DNA of 62,995 nucleotides, the filler included, from Licmophora abbreviata (Eukaryota): the NCBI GenBank assembly GCA_900291995.1. It is 16 parts of 16 records of this genome, joined end to end, with 100 filler letters (N's around TTAATTAATTAA, not from the genome) between each part and the next. Parts side by side here need not be neighbours in the genome. Positions count along the whole stretch, not along the records: positions 30,063 to 37,449 come from OLMU01001364.1; positions 37,550 to 43,405 come from OLMU01001365.1; positions 43,506 to 50,276 come from OLMU01001367.1; 13 more parts are not named here. One strand, given 5' to 3'. The notes under the pieces were generated by a model. The model searched no databases, was not told the DNA's origin, and saw only the letters and a list, made by a program, of their open reading frames with translations. The translations under genes and the position numbers were made by a program. Below are positions 35,193-46,515 of this stretch, in pieces (positions within the stretch are counted from its first letter, which is position 1; each line of letters begins with the position of its first letter).

Positions 35193-36270
35193 ATGGCGGA
35201 AGTCGCTCGTTGTGCGTCCATTGCGGCCGCTCTGTTAGTAGGTACGCTTTTTCTGTCCTGTCCAATGAGAATTCAGTCATTGGCTCGACCGACAGCTCTG
35301 GTAACAGGGTCGACCGATGGGATCGGTGTCACCACCGCGAAGCACTTGGCCGCCAAAGGATACAATGTGCTGGTTCATGGACGCGATGCGAAGCGAATTG
35401 AGAAAGCCTGTCACACCATTCGGTCCTACCAGAAGCAGCATTCCGAAGATGGAATGATCCTATCCGTGCAGGCTGACTTGGAGACGGTTCACGGGTGCGA
35501 GCAACTCGTTGACGGAGTACAATCGCTGTGCGAAGATCACGATTTGCAACTATCGGTATTGATGAATAACGCAGGAGTGTACTCTGAAGACCTCCAATTG
35601 ACAAGGGATGGGACGGAACAAACATTTGCTGTTAACGTACTTGCCCCATTCGTAATAACTTCCAAGCTATTGCCTCAACTTCTCAAACAGAAGAGTCGCA
35701 TCGTCATTGCATCTTCAATCTCCCAATGTCAATCGATTCGTGGCTGGGATGATATGCAGTATTCAAAGCGATCTTACAGTGCGCATGGTGCCTACAGCGA
35801 GTCGAAGTTACTGGATGCGATGCTTTGTTTTGAAATGGCCGGTCGATTGAAGGATCAGGGAATTGGCACCGATCAAATCACGTGTAACTGTCTCGATCCT
35901 GGCACGGTAAATACCAAAATGCTGTTGGCTGGCTGGGGGCGTTGTGGTATTGAAGTGGAAGATGCACTAGGTAAGCGAATGAAAACCTACGCAGAATGCT
36001 GTATCACACAAGCCGAATTGCTCTGTACGCTCTGACCGGCTACCCTCCCCTTCCCAACCACACCGTCGACCGATGCCTTTCCTTCCAGACCAAACCTACC
36101 TCTGTACAAGCGACGAAGTCGAAGATGTATCGGGAGAATACTTCGTATGGAAATCGTCACGACGCGCATCGAGCTCGGCTTACGATGCGAACGAGCGAGC
36201 AAAGATGTGGAAGATTCTTTCTGATTTCGCACCAGAATCGGCAGCCATGTGGAAGTTTGACTGGTTATAG
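35193..36270 (+). CDS. Short-chain dehydrogenase/reductase (retinol-DH-like). Intron 35971-36088
   Basis: TGSTDGIG, NNAG, YSESK, DPGTVNTKM; hydrophobic leader. Confidence 0.9.
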
Positions 36271-36357
36271 TCTAGTAGCTTCCAACTGCAGAAATAGATC
36301 GTGTTTAGGCTCAGAGAAGAGTTTTCTAGCTAGGTAGACTGTTCAATGCGCCTTGCA

Positions 36358-37002
36358 TCAATGTTCGTTCCGTAGACTCTTTGCGGCTTCCATGTATGCT
36401 GCTGCCCCACTCAATGACATCCACGGCGGTGCACGCTCCTGGATCTGCTCCAAGGCCTTGAGATTAGCATAGGGAATTCCGCTTTTCGGATCGTTATAAA
36501 TACCATACAGTCCAGTGACAGGACAGAACTTGCGCCTCGGCAAGCGCTCGGACGGAGCAAGCGTGGCCTCTGCATCAAGATATGCCTTTGCCGTACCATC
36601 TTCTCGGCCTGCCTCCTCTAGCAAAATAGAAGCAAATGATCTAGGCTTGAATCGTTTCGGCATGAGCCCAGTTTTCCTAGAGGATCCTCCTTTTCGCCGT
36701 TTGCGTTTGCTGGGCGCTTCCTCCAAGTCATCGTACTCCTCCTCGTCTTCCGCAGGCACAGTCGACGGATCCACTTCTTCTAGTGCATCCATCCATACTG
36801 CCGCGCGATAATCGTCACTCGACGCATCGCCCAGGTGCGTCACTTTGCGTGCCTTTTCCCGTCGCGCCTGTTTCCTGCGGCGATCGGAGCGACGGGCCGA
36901 AGTGTTGCCCTGAAGCGCCGGTGGCAGCGCGGAAGCACCGGCAGCCGACCGCATCGCCTCGTTCCAAGCCTTGCGCTGAGCATCTAGCGCACTTCCTCCC
37001 AT
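36358..37002 (-). CDS. INO80/SWR1 remodeller small subunit with YL1_C domain (Ies6/Swc6-like); start uncertain
   Basis: RRKFCPVTGLYGIYNDPKSGIPYANLKALEQI (YL1_C), KRKRRK NLS, RSFASILLEE...YLDAEA. Confidence 0.7.
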   Translation of the reverse strand: MGGSALDAQRKAWNEAMRSAAGASALPPALQGNTSARRSDRRRKQARREKARKVTHLGDASSDDYRAAVWMDALEEVDPSTVPAEDEEEYDDLEEAPSKRKRRKGGSSRKTGLMPKRFKPRSFASILLEEAGREDGTAKAYLDAEATLAPSERLPRRKFCPVTGLYGIYNDPKSGIPYANLKALEQIQERAPPWMSLSGAAAYMEAAKSLRNEH

Positions 37003-37424
37003 ATTGACATAGATGGGAGATAACAAAGCTTCTGGGAGGGGAATAGAGAGAAGGAATGGAGCGTGGGTACAACAACAGTAAGACACAAGCCTGATATCAA
37101 TAAGTGTGTCGCGTCGTTGCGGGTCGCTCATCGTCTGTCGTCTCTCATCTCGTCGCCGTGTTGTCGACGACTCACTCGACTATCCGCCTGTGACTGAACT
37201 CGACTCACTCGACTTATGATACTCTCATCGCTACAAGTTGGAGTGATGGTCTTGTGTTCGCAAGGATGTCGCATTCAACGGATGTTTTCTTACACGAATA
37301 TCAATTCATCGCCAACTTTGGTTCTGCGAGCTTTCCTTCCAGATTTTTCATCACTCCAAACACAATGAGAGCATGAACCCAGTCCAAGATACAGGAACGT
37401 CGTCGCCAAAGCAAACCACGAGTC

Positions 37425-38861
37425 ATGTTGTGCTGCCTGGAAAGCCCGTNNNNNNNNNNNNNNNNNNNNNNNNNNNNNNNNNNNNNNNNNNNNTTAATTA
37501 ATTAANNNNNNNNNNNNNNNNNNNNNNNNNNNNNNNNNNNNNNNNNNNNCCTGGAAAGCCCGTTTACAAACTCACGTGATTCCGATGCCTACCAAAGACA
37601 AACATCCGATGGATTCCCTGGAAGTCGGCGTTTTGTCAAGACGGGAGGAAATGCTCTGGCTGCAGCGGCGCCGTTGGGGCCCCCTCAAGACGGTGCCAGC
37701 ATGGTATCAGTAACTGTGCCAGAGGGTGTATCAGGAGGGCAAAACATTCAGGTGTTGGCGGCGGATGGGAGTGGTCGAACAGTCATGGCCACAGTTCCAC
37801 AAACTATGGGGCCCGGATCACATTTTATGGTGCAGTTCCCGCCTGTCCCTAGACAATCAGCACCAGCGCCTTCTGCGCCCATCGTTGCTGCCGAGCCCGA
37901 CTATGCCGGGTTGGTACCAGTGTTACCACCGCCTTCAAATCATTCACCAGTGAAGCCCGTTGTCCCTGCTCTGCCAGCTCATTCATCGTTTAGCGCTGCT
38001 ACCGTCCCCACGGCATCGCCTGTTCCCGCTTATTCTTCATCGCCTGTCGTGGCTCCTGTCGCCCATACCCCGGTCGCCCAACAATGTATGATGAGGGTTC
38101 TGGTTCCACCTGGGTCAGCACCAGGGACGACTGTGCATGTTCAAATTCCAGGTGAAAATCGGGTCATGGCGGTTCAAGTCCCTCCCAATGTCGCAGAATT
38201 CTACGTCACATATGAACCCAGGGGTGATACGGCTCCCGTCGTCTCACCTTCTCCCGCCATAACAGCGCCCTCCATTACCCCTATCCCGCCTCCTGTTGGA
38301 CAGTCCAGGCGTGTCCTTGTCAAGGTACCTCCTGGTACAGCACCTGGAACGACACTGCATGTGAAAATTCCCGACGAACCAGGCCGTGTGATTGCCGCTC
38401 AAGTTCCTTCTGGAAATGTGAGCGAATTCTACGTGTCTTATTTGCCTCGTGGTGGCCCTACCGCCCAGACCGAGTCGTCTCCGAACAATCCCATAAGATC
38501 AACCCAACGAACGTTTCATGAAAACAATCGTGGGGGAAGTGGTAGCAATGGCGCTGGAATGGGCGGTGTCTTTCTTCCGCTGCTTGGAGGGGCTGCTCTG
38601 GGGGCTGCAGGCATGTCCTTGTTCGACCGCAGGCGGGAGGCGAGCGATGCGTATAATACCGCGGATGCCTACGCGACGGAGAGTGGTGCTGGGGACTATG
38701 GTGGAGGTGACTACGCAGAAAATGGCGGTGGTGCCTACGCCGGTCAGGGCGGCGACTGTGCCACACCAGATTACGGCGATGGAGGAACAGGAGGATACGG
38801 CGATGTGAGAGGAGGAGATTATACAGATGGGTTTGGTGACGTTGGGGGCTTTGATTTCTAG
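37425..38861 (+). CDS. Pro-rich protein with three VxVPxG repeat modules and a Gly/Asp/Tyr tail; joined across spacer 37450-37549
   Basis: A 13-nt overlap (CTGGAAAGCCCGT) on both sides of the spacer gives one frame from MLCCLESPF to GGFDF*. Confidence 0.75.
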
Positions 38862-39315
38862 TAGACCTGATAGTCTACACATCTACACTCTACTTCTCAA
38901 GAGACTATTGTAAGTGCTAGAGAGCCTTTTGGTACGAGTCTTTTTCGATTGTTGTTTGCCCGAAAGAATTACCTCTCTGATGACGTCTGTGACGCTTTCG
39001 CACTAATCTATTAAGGTGACTTTCTTTCGCTATCTCTGTATGCAGTCTTTCCCTTTTCTTGACATAAAGCTCCAACATTCTGTCGAGATGATCATAAATA
39101 AAAGAGCTGCAGTCCATAAGTGCAAAATGACGATTCGATGTCGTATCACCCCTCTGGAGTCTGGGCACTTTTTCCAGTTGATGCGGCATACATTTTTTCT
39201 TCCTCATTGCTCACAATCTGCATCAAGCGCTTCGGAAGTTGCGGTCAGAACATTGTACATAAGGATTCACCTTCATTACAGAGATCGTCGCATTTCTATC
39301 ACACAATCAGTGTCA

Positions 39316-41895
39316 ATGACGGACCACGCGCGCTCGTCGAAAATGAGACAGAGAAAGAGCAACAGCATGGTCTCGTTCGGCGACACCTCGGCTTCTTCCT
39401 TGTCTCTTGGCGACAGTAGAAGGCGTGAGGCCTGGGCATCGTCTTCGGGCAGAAGCCGGGGACCACCTGAACGAAGACTGAGCCGGAACAGCTCTATTGC
39501 CAGTCGCGTTGAATCTGCAAACAGTACCGTCGCTGAGAGTTTTCACAGATTGTATTGGGTGGCGCTATTTATCATTCTCACGTTGATCATTGTCATGAGT
39601 GTATCCTACGTGATTATCGAGTATGGTATCTTTGGGAGTTCTACCCGTGGCACAGGTGTCGTTGGTGGAGCTTCCACCATCTTCACGCTTCGCGACACAG
39701 TCTTGTTTGTGAATGGGTGGCTCCAAGGTATGGACACTTTTCCAAGCGGAGGTATTCTTCCGAAACATGGTGCTGAAAATGCAGCCGATGCATCGGATGA
39801 ACAGTGCCTTCAACGCTTGTTTTTAGATATGAATACATCGGTCTCTACTACTTCGCCGCATCAGGTAGAGCTTGTTCTACAGAACATGGGATTGCTTGAT
39901 AATGGGCTTGTTCTGGATGCCTTGCAAGACTATCTCCGAGAGCCGCAGCCAGTTTCTTCCGCGATGGAAGCAGCTGAAGCCTGTTTAGGAACCAACTACG
40001 CTGCCAGGGAACTGGCTTGCCTCATGGAGGATCTTTATCCATGGGACGTCTCGAGTCCACAACAGCAGAACGTACTTGTGTACATGGTGAACCTGGCGGC
40101 TGTGATGGACTTCCTAACGGTGCACCTCATGGACAGCCCGTCGACCATGCATGCCATCGCGCAAGTAATGAAGGCTAGACGACAAACTATTCACGGGGCT
40201 GTGGCGGACTTGTACGAAGACGAGACTAGCCAAGACCTTGTCTTTGCCAAGTACGATGGTTCCCTTCAGGCACTTCAAGCAGTTGGTCATGCGACTGCGG
40301 AGAACGAGGACGTCCACCTCATGTCCGCTCTTCAAGGGACCATCCTAGGAGGAGTCCAAGTGGACATCGGTCTCGGGCATGAGTCGAACGCTCGTGTTGG
40401 GCTTGCCCTTACAACGAATGTACTCTATGACTCATTCACTGAAGACAAACGCATCCTATGGAGCCTTGGCACTGCCTGGGCTGACGCGTACACAGCCTGG
40501 AGCTTTGCCAATGTGGCTGGATATGCTTCATGGTCACTTGTGCCTGAGCTTCTGATTCCATCGGTGGCTTGCGCTGCTGTGAGTGATAACGCCCAGTATT
40601 TTGTTGCGAAGCGAATCGTGTCCGGCGCCCTGTCAGCGATGCATCTTTTCCGGTCTCCTTCCCCGAGCAGTAGTGTCGGAGATGATGCCTCCTCGTCAGA
40701 TGTTCTCGACTTCTTCGTGGCACAGACGTCGACGAGCCTTTCTTTTGAGCGATACGCAATTGCTTCTGCAATGGGAGAAAGTACCTTGGTGCGTACTGCT
40801 CTCACGAATCCTTCCACGGAGACGGTACAGTCAACACTTTCGAAACTCTGTGCTGGACAATGCTCGGAAGACTTTACGTTGAATTTCACAAAAAGCTCGC
40901 CCACCTGGTACCTCGACGATGCCCAGTTCTTGGTCTACGTCGGTTTCGTTATTTTTGTCACGCTTGAGATGTCCGGATTGGGGATGGAAATGTTCGTCTG
41001 GCTCCTCCTTCTCCAGTCTGGTTGGTCGACAGAGAAAGAAGGTGCCTGGAAGCTCGCGCAGTTCCTCTTTCCCATCCTCGGTATGACAGCGGTTGGCTTG
41101 GCCTTTACGCACAATTGGCTGAGTCTACCTGTGACGGTTGCTTTTCTTTGGAAGTTTGGATTTCCAGAAACTATCTTGTACGTCTATGGGGCTCTGTTTG
41201 ATACGCACAAATCAAGGATAGAACGGGTGGTCGAGGCAATCAATGGGATCGGCACGGCAACGCATCATGCTTGTGTGGCGCTGTGGATTGCCATGGTCCT
41301 CGCCGGCGTCCTCCCGCCGGACAGGGTCATGCTTGATTCCGCTCTTCCTTTGCTTATTCAGCATTGGTTCATCCTTCTCAAGTATGTCAATATTTGGGCG
41401 TATGTGGTCGTGGAGCTTATCTTGGAGGCATACGCCGAGTGGATTGCCCTATCGAACATGGAATTGTTGCGTGATACGCATTGGACGGGAGGATTAGTGG
41501 TTGGGACGATGTTATTTGCTCACTGGTGTTACCTGATCGCTAGTGGTCTCCATCTCGTGTTCGTAAACCACGAGATGGTAGACGAGAATCAAGTTGAGCA
41601 CATTACTCACATTCGCAGTAGTGTGCGACATCTCAATGTGCCATCAGTCGATAACACTCTCCGCGACGTTACAGAATACCGTCGCAAAATGGCCAAGGAA
41701 ATGTCCATCGAAGAAGTTTCGAATGACTCGTCGAGCGACGACTCGAGCTCCGAGTCCAGCCAGGATAGTATGCAAAAGGACAGTAGCTCGAGCACCGCCA
41801 AGACGATGGAAAGCAGTGGCCACATTGACACCGCAATCTTGGAGGGTGGCGATGATGAGGAGGAGGCGAACAGCGTCGACAGCTTTCAAATTTAG
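39316..41895 (+). CDS. Uncharacterised multi-pass membrane protein
   Basis: About 860 uninterrupted codons: one N-terminal TM, a large middle domain, ~7-8 C-terminal TM helices and an acidic Ser tail. Confidence 0.75.
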   Translation: MTDHARSSKMRQRKSNSMVSFGDTSASSLSLGDSRRREAWASSSGRSRGPPERRLSRNSSIASRVESANSTVAESFHRLYWVALFIILTLIIVMSVSYVIIEYGIFGSSTRGTGVVGGASTIFTLRDTVLFVNGWLQGMDTFPSGGILPKHGAENAADASDEQCLQRLFLDMNTSVSTTSPHQVELVLQNMGLLDNGLVLDALQDYLREPQPVSSAMEAAEACLGTNYAARELACLMEDLYPWDVSSPQQQNVLVYMVNLAAVMDFLTVHLMDSPSTMHAIAQVMKARRQTIHGAVADLYEDETSQDLVFAKYDGSLQALQAVGHATAENEDVHLMSALQGTILGGVQVDIGLGHESNARVGLALTTNVLYDSFTEDKRILWSLGTAWADAYTAWSFANVAGYASWSLVPELLIPSVACAAVSDNAQYFVAKRIVSGALSAMHLFRSPSPSSSVGDDASSSDVLDFFVAQTSTSLSFERYAIASAMGESTLVRTALTNPSTETVQSTLSKLCAGQCSEDFTLNFTKSSPTWYLDDAQFLVYVGFVIFVTLEMSGLGMEMFVWLLLLQSGWSTEKEGAWKLAQFLFPILGMTAVGLAFTHNWLSLPVTVAFLWKFGFPETILYVYGALFDTHKSRIERVVEAINGIGTATHHACVALWIAMVLAGVLPPDRVMLDSALPLLIQHWFILLKYVNIWAYVVVELILEAYAEWIALSNMELLRDTHWTGGLVVGTMLFAHWCYLIASGLHLVFVNHEMVDENQVEHITHIRSSVRHLNVPSVDNTLRDVTEYRRKMAKEMSIEEVSNDSSSDDSSSESSQDSMQKDSSSSTAKTMESSGHIDTAILEGGDDEEEANSVDSFQI

Positions 41896-42403
41896 TTTTC
41901 ATAGGCCGGCTCCTCTAAGGTAGAGGTAATGTGTTCGATAGGAACGCCAATAGCTAGTAGGGCTAGATTTCCAAAACTGTGAAATGGAATACTATTGGCT
42001 GACTTCGGCGCTGGTTCGCGAACCATGCCATCGCCCATTCCCAGAAACATAGAGTATAGATGGAGGCCGCAGCCGATGTTACTGGGGCCTGATGCATCGC
42101 ACTCTCTACTGTAATCGATGAGATCCAGTATCTACTGTATTTAGCGGCGGGTAGACTAAAGGGCGGGGGTTAACACACTTCCATGTCTGTACCTCGCTCC
42201 TCGGTGCGCAGACGCGCAGACACAGATGTTGATGAGACAAGACAGACGTGCGGAGCTTGGAGTTTGGAGTGGCTCTCATGGCGGATGGCGGCGGTCACAA
42301 CTGCATGATGGGCTTTTGTTGCTTGTCCTATAGCCTGAGGTTCGATCATTCTTCAGTTGTTTGCTGCTGAGCGATTGGCAAAGATTGATTTACCCTTCGA
42401 GTT

Positions 42404-43405
42404 ATGTCAGGGCCGGCAACGAGCGTAGTAGCGCCGCCTCCTGCGTCTATGAGCGCTGCTAGTGTTTCATCGCCTCCCCGCACATCTAACATGCCAAGCA
42501 CGGAGCAGCAACCAACAAGCCCATTGCACGTGCTCATGTCACCGAAATCAGTAGAACAAACTCGATTTATGCTCTTGGGCGACCCTCGCATACAGAACGA
42601 TTATCTGACACGAAGGTATAAGGCCTGGTACTCGTCAGCGGATACAGCCGCCCATTCGCAGCACAAAATGGACCTTTGGAGTGCCGTGACGAAAGTCGAA
42701 CGAGCCATGGTGGAGTGTTGTGAATTGGGAGAAGATTCCGCTGATCTTGCTGAAGATGAGGATGAGGAATTGCTCTATCAAGGCGGGGCCCTTGTGCCTG
42801 GCATGGAGACTACCTTTGTCGGACTGCTGGCACGACATGGCCAGGCGCCTGTAACACGTGCACTAGCGTTGGCGATTCTGCAGCACACAATTGAACAGGA
42901 CGAAATTGATGATCAAGAAGAACGGGAAGAGCGAGAAAAACGATCGGCGGTTTTGGGGTCTAGCAGTAATCAACAGGGCGACGGGGCTGCGGGCGAGACG
43001 GGGGTGTCGTCATCAACGGTGGTCAAGCAGGACGAAACTTCCGAGAAATCAAATATCGAGGCAGCATCCTCCCAGGCCACAAAAAATGAGGATGACGCAG
43101 CTATTGGAGCGACTGATGGCCAAGAAAAGAAAGAAAGTGCCCGGGTGTGTAGAATGTCGCGTTTCTTCAAGGCTGGCGGGATGCACATATTGAAGCAGTG
43201 GCTTGTCGACTGTTCGTCACCGGCCAAGAAAGTCTTCACTTCTCAATCCAGCGCTGGCACGAAGAAAACTGTTACGAAAACTTTGCCTTCACCGACGGGC
43301 CCACTTCTCTTGCCGCTCTTGTCGGTTCTCGAGGGAATGCCTTTGGACAAGACCCTGGTGACGAAAACGAAAATGAACAAGCAGATTAGGAACTACAAGA
43401 AGCTA
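42404..43405 (+). CDS. Partial (3'-truncated) protein with TFIIS N-terminal-like helical domain (PNUTS/IWS1-like)
   Basis: RFFKAGGMHILKQWL...LLSVLEGMPLDKTLVTKTKMNKQIRNYKK; the ORF runs into the spacer. Confidence 0.6.
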
Positions 43406-43511
43406 NNNNNNNNNNNNNNNNNNNNNNNNNNNNNNNNNNNNNNNNNNNNTTAATTAATTAANNNNNNNNNNNNNNNNNNNNNNNNNNNNNNNNNNNNNNN
43501 NNNNNAACACC

Positions 43512-46220
43512 ATGAGGTTCAATCTGGACGGTCTGGATGTGTTCTTTCCGTATGATCGCATATATTTGGAACAGCACCAGTACATGAGGTCACTCAAGCA
43601 GGCCCTCGACGCCGGGGGGCACTGCTTGTTGGAAATGCCGACAGGAACTGGCAAGACGGTGTGTCTACTTTCTCTGATTACATCTTATCAGTATTCTAAC
43701 CCATCCGCTGGAAAGTTGGTCTACTGCACTCGTACTGTACCGGAAATGAATTCTGTCATGGAGGAGCTTGGAACTGTCTTGGCGTATCGAGCGGACCAGT
43801 TGCGCCTCCAGGAGGACAGTGATGGGCGCGGCGACGTGGATATGGAAGACGCGCAACAGAATCGAGGGGAAGAAACGCAGGAGCAGGAGAACCCCAACAA
43901 TGGGGACGATCCCCGTCGAAAGAGGGCTCGCCGCGTGTACAAGGGAAAGAAGAATGATTCCCCACCCATGGGGCCGATTGCAAATGGACAAGGCGCAGGC
44001 GGTAGCGGGGTGTTGGCTTTGTGTCTCTCGAGTCGTCGCAACATGTGTGTTCATGAGCGTGTGTTGCATGAGAGCGATCGAGAGGCAGTGGATTCGGCTT
44101 GCCGCAGCATGACGGCATCGTGGGTGCTGGAGGAAGCGCGCAAGAATCCTGGATCGATGGAAACGTGTGATTACTATGACAGCTTCCAAGCGGCGGGAGA
44201 AGCAACGACCATGCCCAGTGGAGTCTACGACCTAGAGAACTTGAAAAAGTGGGGGAAAGCGCGAGGTTGGTGCCCTTATTATCTGACTCGACAGGCTATC
44301 AACCACGCCAACATTCTCGTCTTCAATTACCAGTACATGCTAGACCCGAAGGTAGCCAAGATGGTGTCGAAGGAATTGGAGGCAGAGAGTATCGTTGTTT
44401 TTGACGAAGCTCACAACATTGACAGTGTGTGTCTTGAGGCCCTTTCTGTCGATATCAATGAGCGCGGGCTTGAACAAGCCACCCGATCGCTGGGGCGTCT
44501 CTCCTCGGAAGTCTCGCGTATTAAAGCATCGGATTCCCAGCGGCTACAGCAGGAATACCAGAATCTCGTGAACGGTCTAATCGATCAAGGCCTTCTCGAT
44601 GAGCCGACCAACAATATTGGTCTATCTAGTGTAAGTCAGTCCGCAAACGGAATTGCCATTGCCTTTGCACACGCGCTCACCATCGATCCTATCGTATTGA
44701 ACCGCAGAATGTTCTGAGTCCAGATGTGTTGAACGAAGCCGTTCCCGGCAACATCCGCCGTGCTGAGCATTTTATTCAGTTTATGAAGAAAGTCGTAGAG
44801 CATTTGAAGAATCGGCTTCGAAGCGTCGGTGGACCAAACGGTGGCGTACAAAGTGAAACACCGCTTGCCTTTCTTCATCGCATGACGAACGGAACTTCGC
44901 TCGAGGCGAAACCACTCCGTTTTGCCTACTCGCGGCTGTCGTCCCTCTTGCGCACTTTGCAAGTGTCCAACTTGGACGAATTCAACGCCTTGACGGACAT
45001 TGCAGACTTTGCGACGCTCTTGAGTACATACTCTGAGGGCATTGCGAGGTTTGCCATTATCATGGAGCCCAACGGCACTTCGATACCGGGCGTTGTTGAA
45101 CCAGTTATTCAGCTGGCATGTTTAGATTCTTCGCTTGCCATTGCGCCAGTCTTCAAGCGCTTCGGAAGTGTTGTGATTACCTCCGGCACTCTCTCACCGA
45201 TTGAGTTGTATCCGCAACTACTTCAGTTTGAGCCGTCCGTGTCCGAGTCTCTTAGTATGTCAACGTTTCGTCCTTGCATTCGGCCGCTTGTGATTACCCG
45301 GGGCTCCGACCAGCTGGCCGTCTCGACAAAATTCGATGATCGCGGAGACATGGGTGTCGTTCGAAACTACGGCGCAATGCTTGTGGAACTTTGCAGCGTT
45401 ATCCCTGATGGCGTAGTAGCTTTCTTTACTTCGTACAGCTACATGGAATCTCTTGTGAGCGAATGGGATGCGATGGGCATACTGCGCGAGTTGACCAAGT
45501 CCAAGCTTGTCTTTATTGAGACGAAGGATGTTGTGGAAACGACACTGGCGCTTGACAACTATCGACGTGCCTGTGATTGCGGACGGGGTGCAGTATTCTT
45601 GTCCGTCGCAAGAGGCAAGGTATGTTCGCACGATCAGTCTGTTGCGATATCTGGCGAACGTTTTGGTGTTTCTAATCGATTGCATCACTTCTTCATTCAA
45701 TCAGGTATCAGAAGGAATCAACTTCGATCGACACTACGGTCGGGCAGTGATAATGTTTGGCGTCCCCTTTCAGTATACCTTGAGTCACGTTCTGCGAGCT
45801 CGTCTGGAATATCTGCAGACTCACTACCAGATTCGTGAGCAAGACTTTCTCAACTTTGATGCTCTCCGCCAAGCTTCGCAGTGTATCGGGCGCGTTATTC
45901 GTAGCAAGACCGACTATGGACTCATGATTCTTGCTGACAGTCGGTACACTCGTCACGACAAGCGATCCAAGCTTCCCAAGTGGATTCTTCAGTTTTTAAG
46001 TGATGCCTATTTGAACTTGAGTACAGACATGGCGATTCAACATGTCAAGCAATTCCTTCGTCTCATGGGACAGCCGGTAGACCAGAGCGCATTGCAAAGC
46101 GTTCTGTTGACAGTCGAAGAAGTGCAGCGGATGAATCCAGCTCCTGTTGTAGGTGTGGCCTCCGCTGGAGAAGGTGGTGCCATGATTGTGGGAGAGAGCA
46201 GTGTTGTACTAGGATCCTAA
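43512..46220 (+). CDS. ERCC2: TFIIH helicase XPD/Rad3. Introns 44631-44707 and 45620-45704
   Basis: EMPTGTGKT, four Fe-S Cys (MCVH, SACR, TCDY, WCPY), [35 protein letters not shown]. Confidence 0.97.
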
Positions 46221-46515
46221 CTACCGGTAGCTAATACGACTTTGGTGAAACGAAACACTTCACGTCTATAAAGATGACGTTTGACAGTCGTTGTTTCAAC
46301 GATCGAACCCGGAGGTGGAAGTTTCATTCTATGGTCTGTCCTACGACTCCCCCCTCGGCTTTCTCATCAGGACCACGAAATCTTTGAAAGAACAAATCTG
46401 ATCAATTCACAAACCAATCCTCATTGCCCTTTCGCTGCGGTAATTTCCAACTGATTTCTGCTTGATCAGAAGTCAGTGGATGTAGCATTCGAGTTTAGAA
46501 ACACTGCTTTGCACT

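Noticed and set aside
39016..39315. N-terminal 100 aa of the 959-aa ORF
   Set aside because: GTG start and UTR-like composition; ATG 39316 is the more plausible start.
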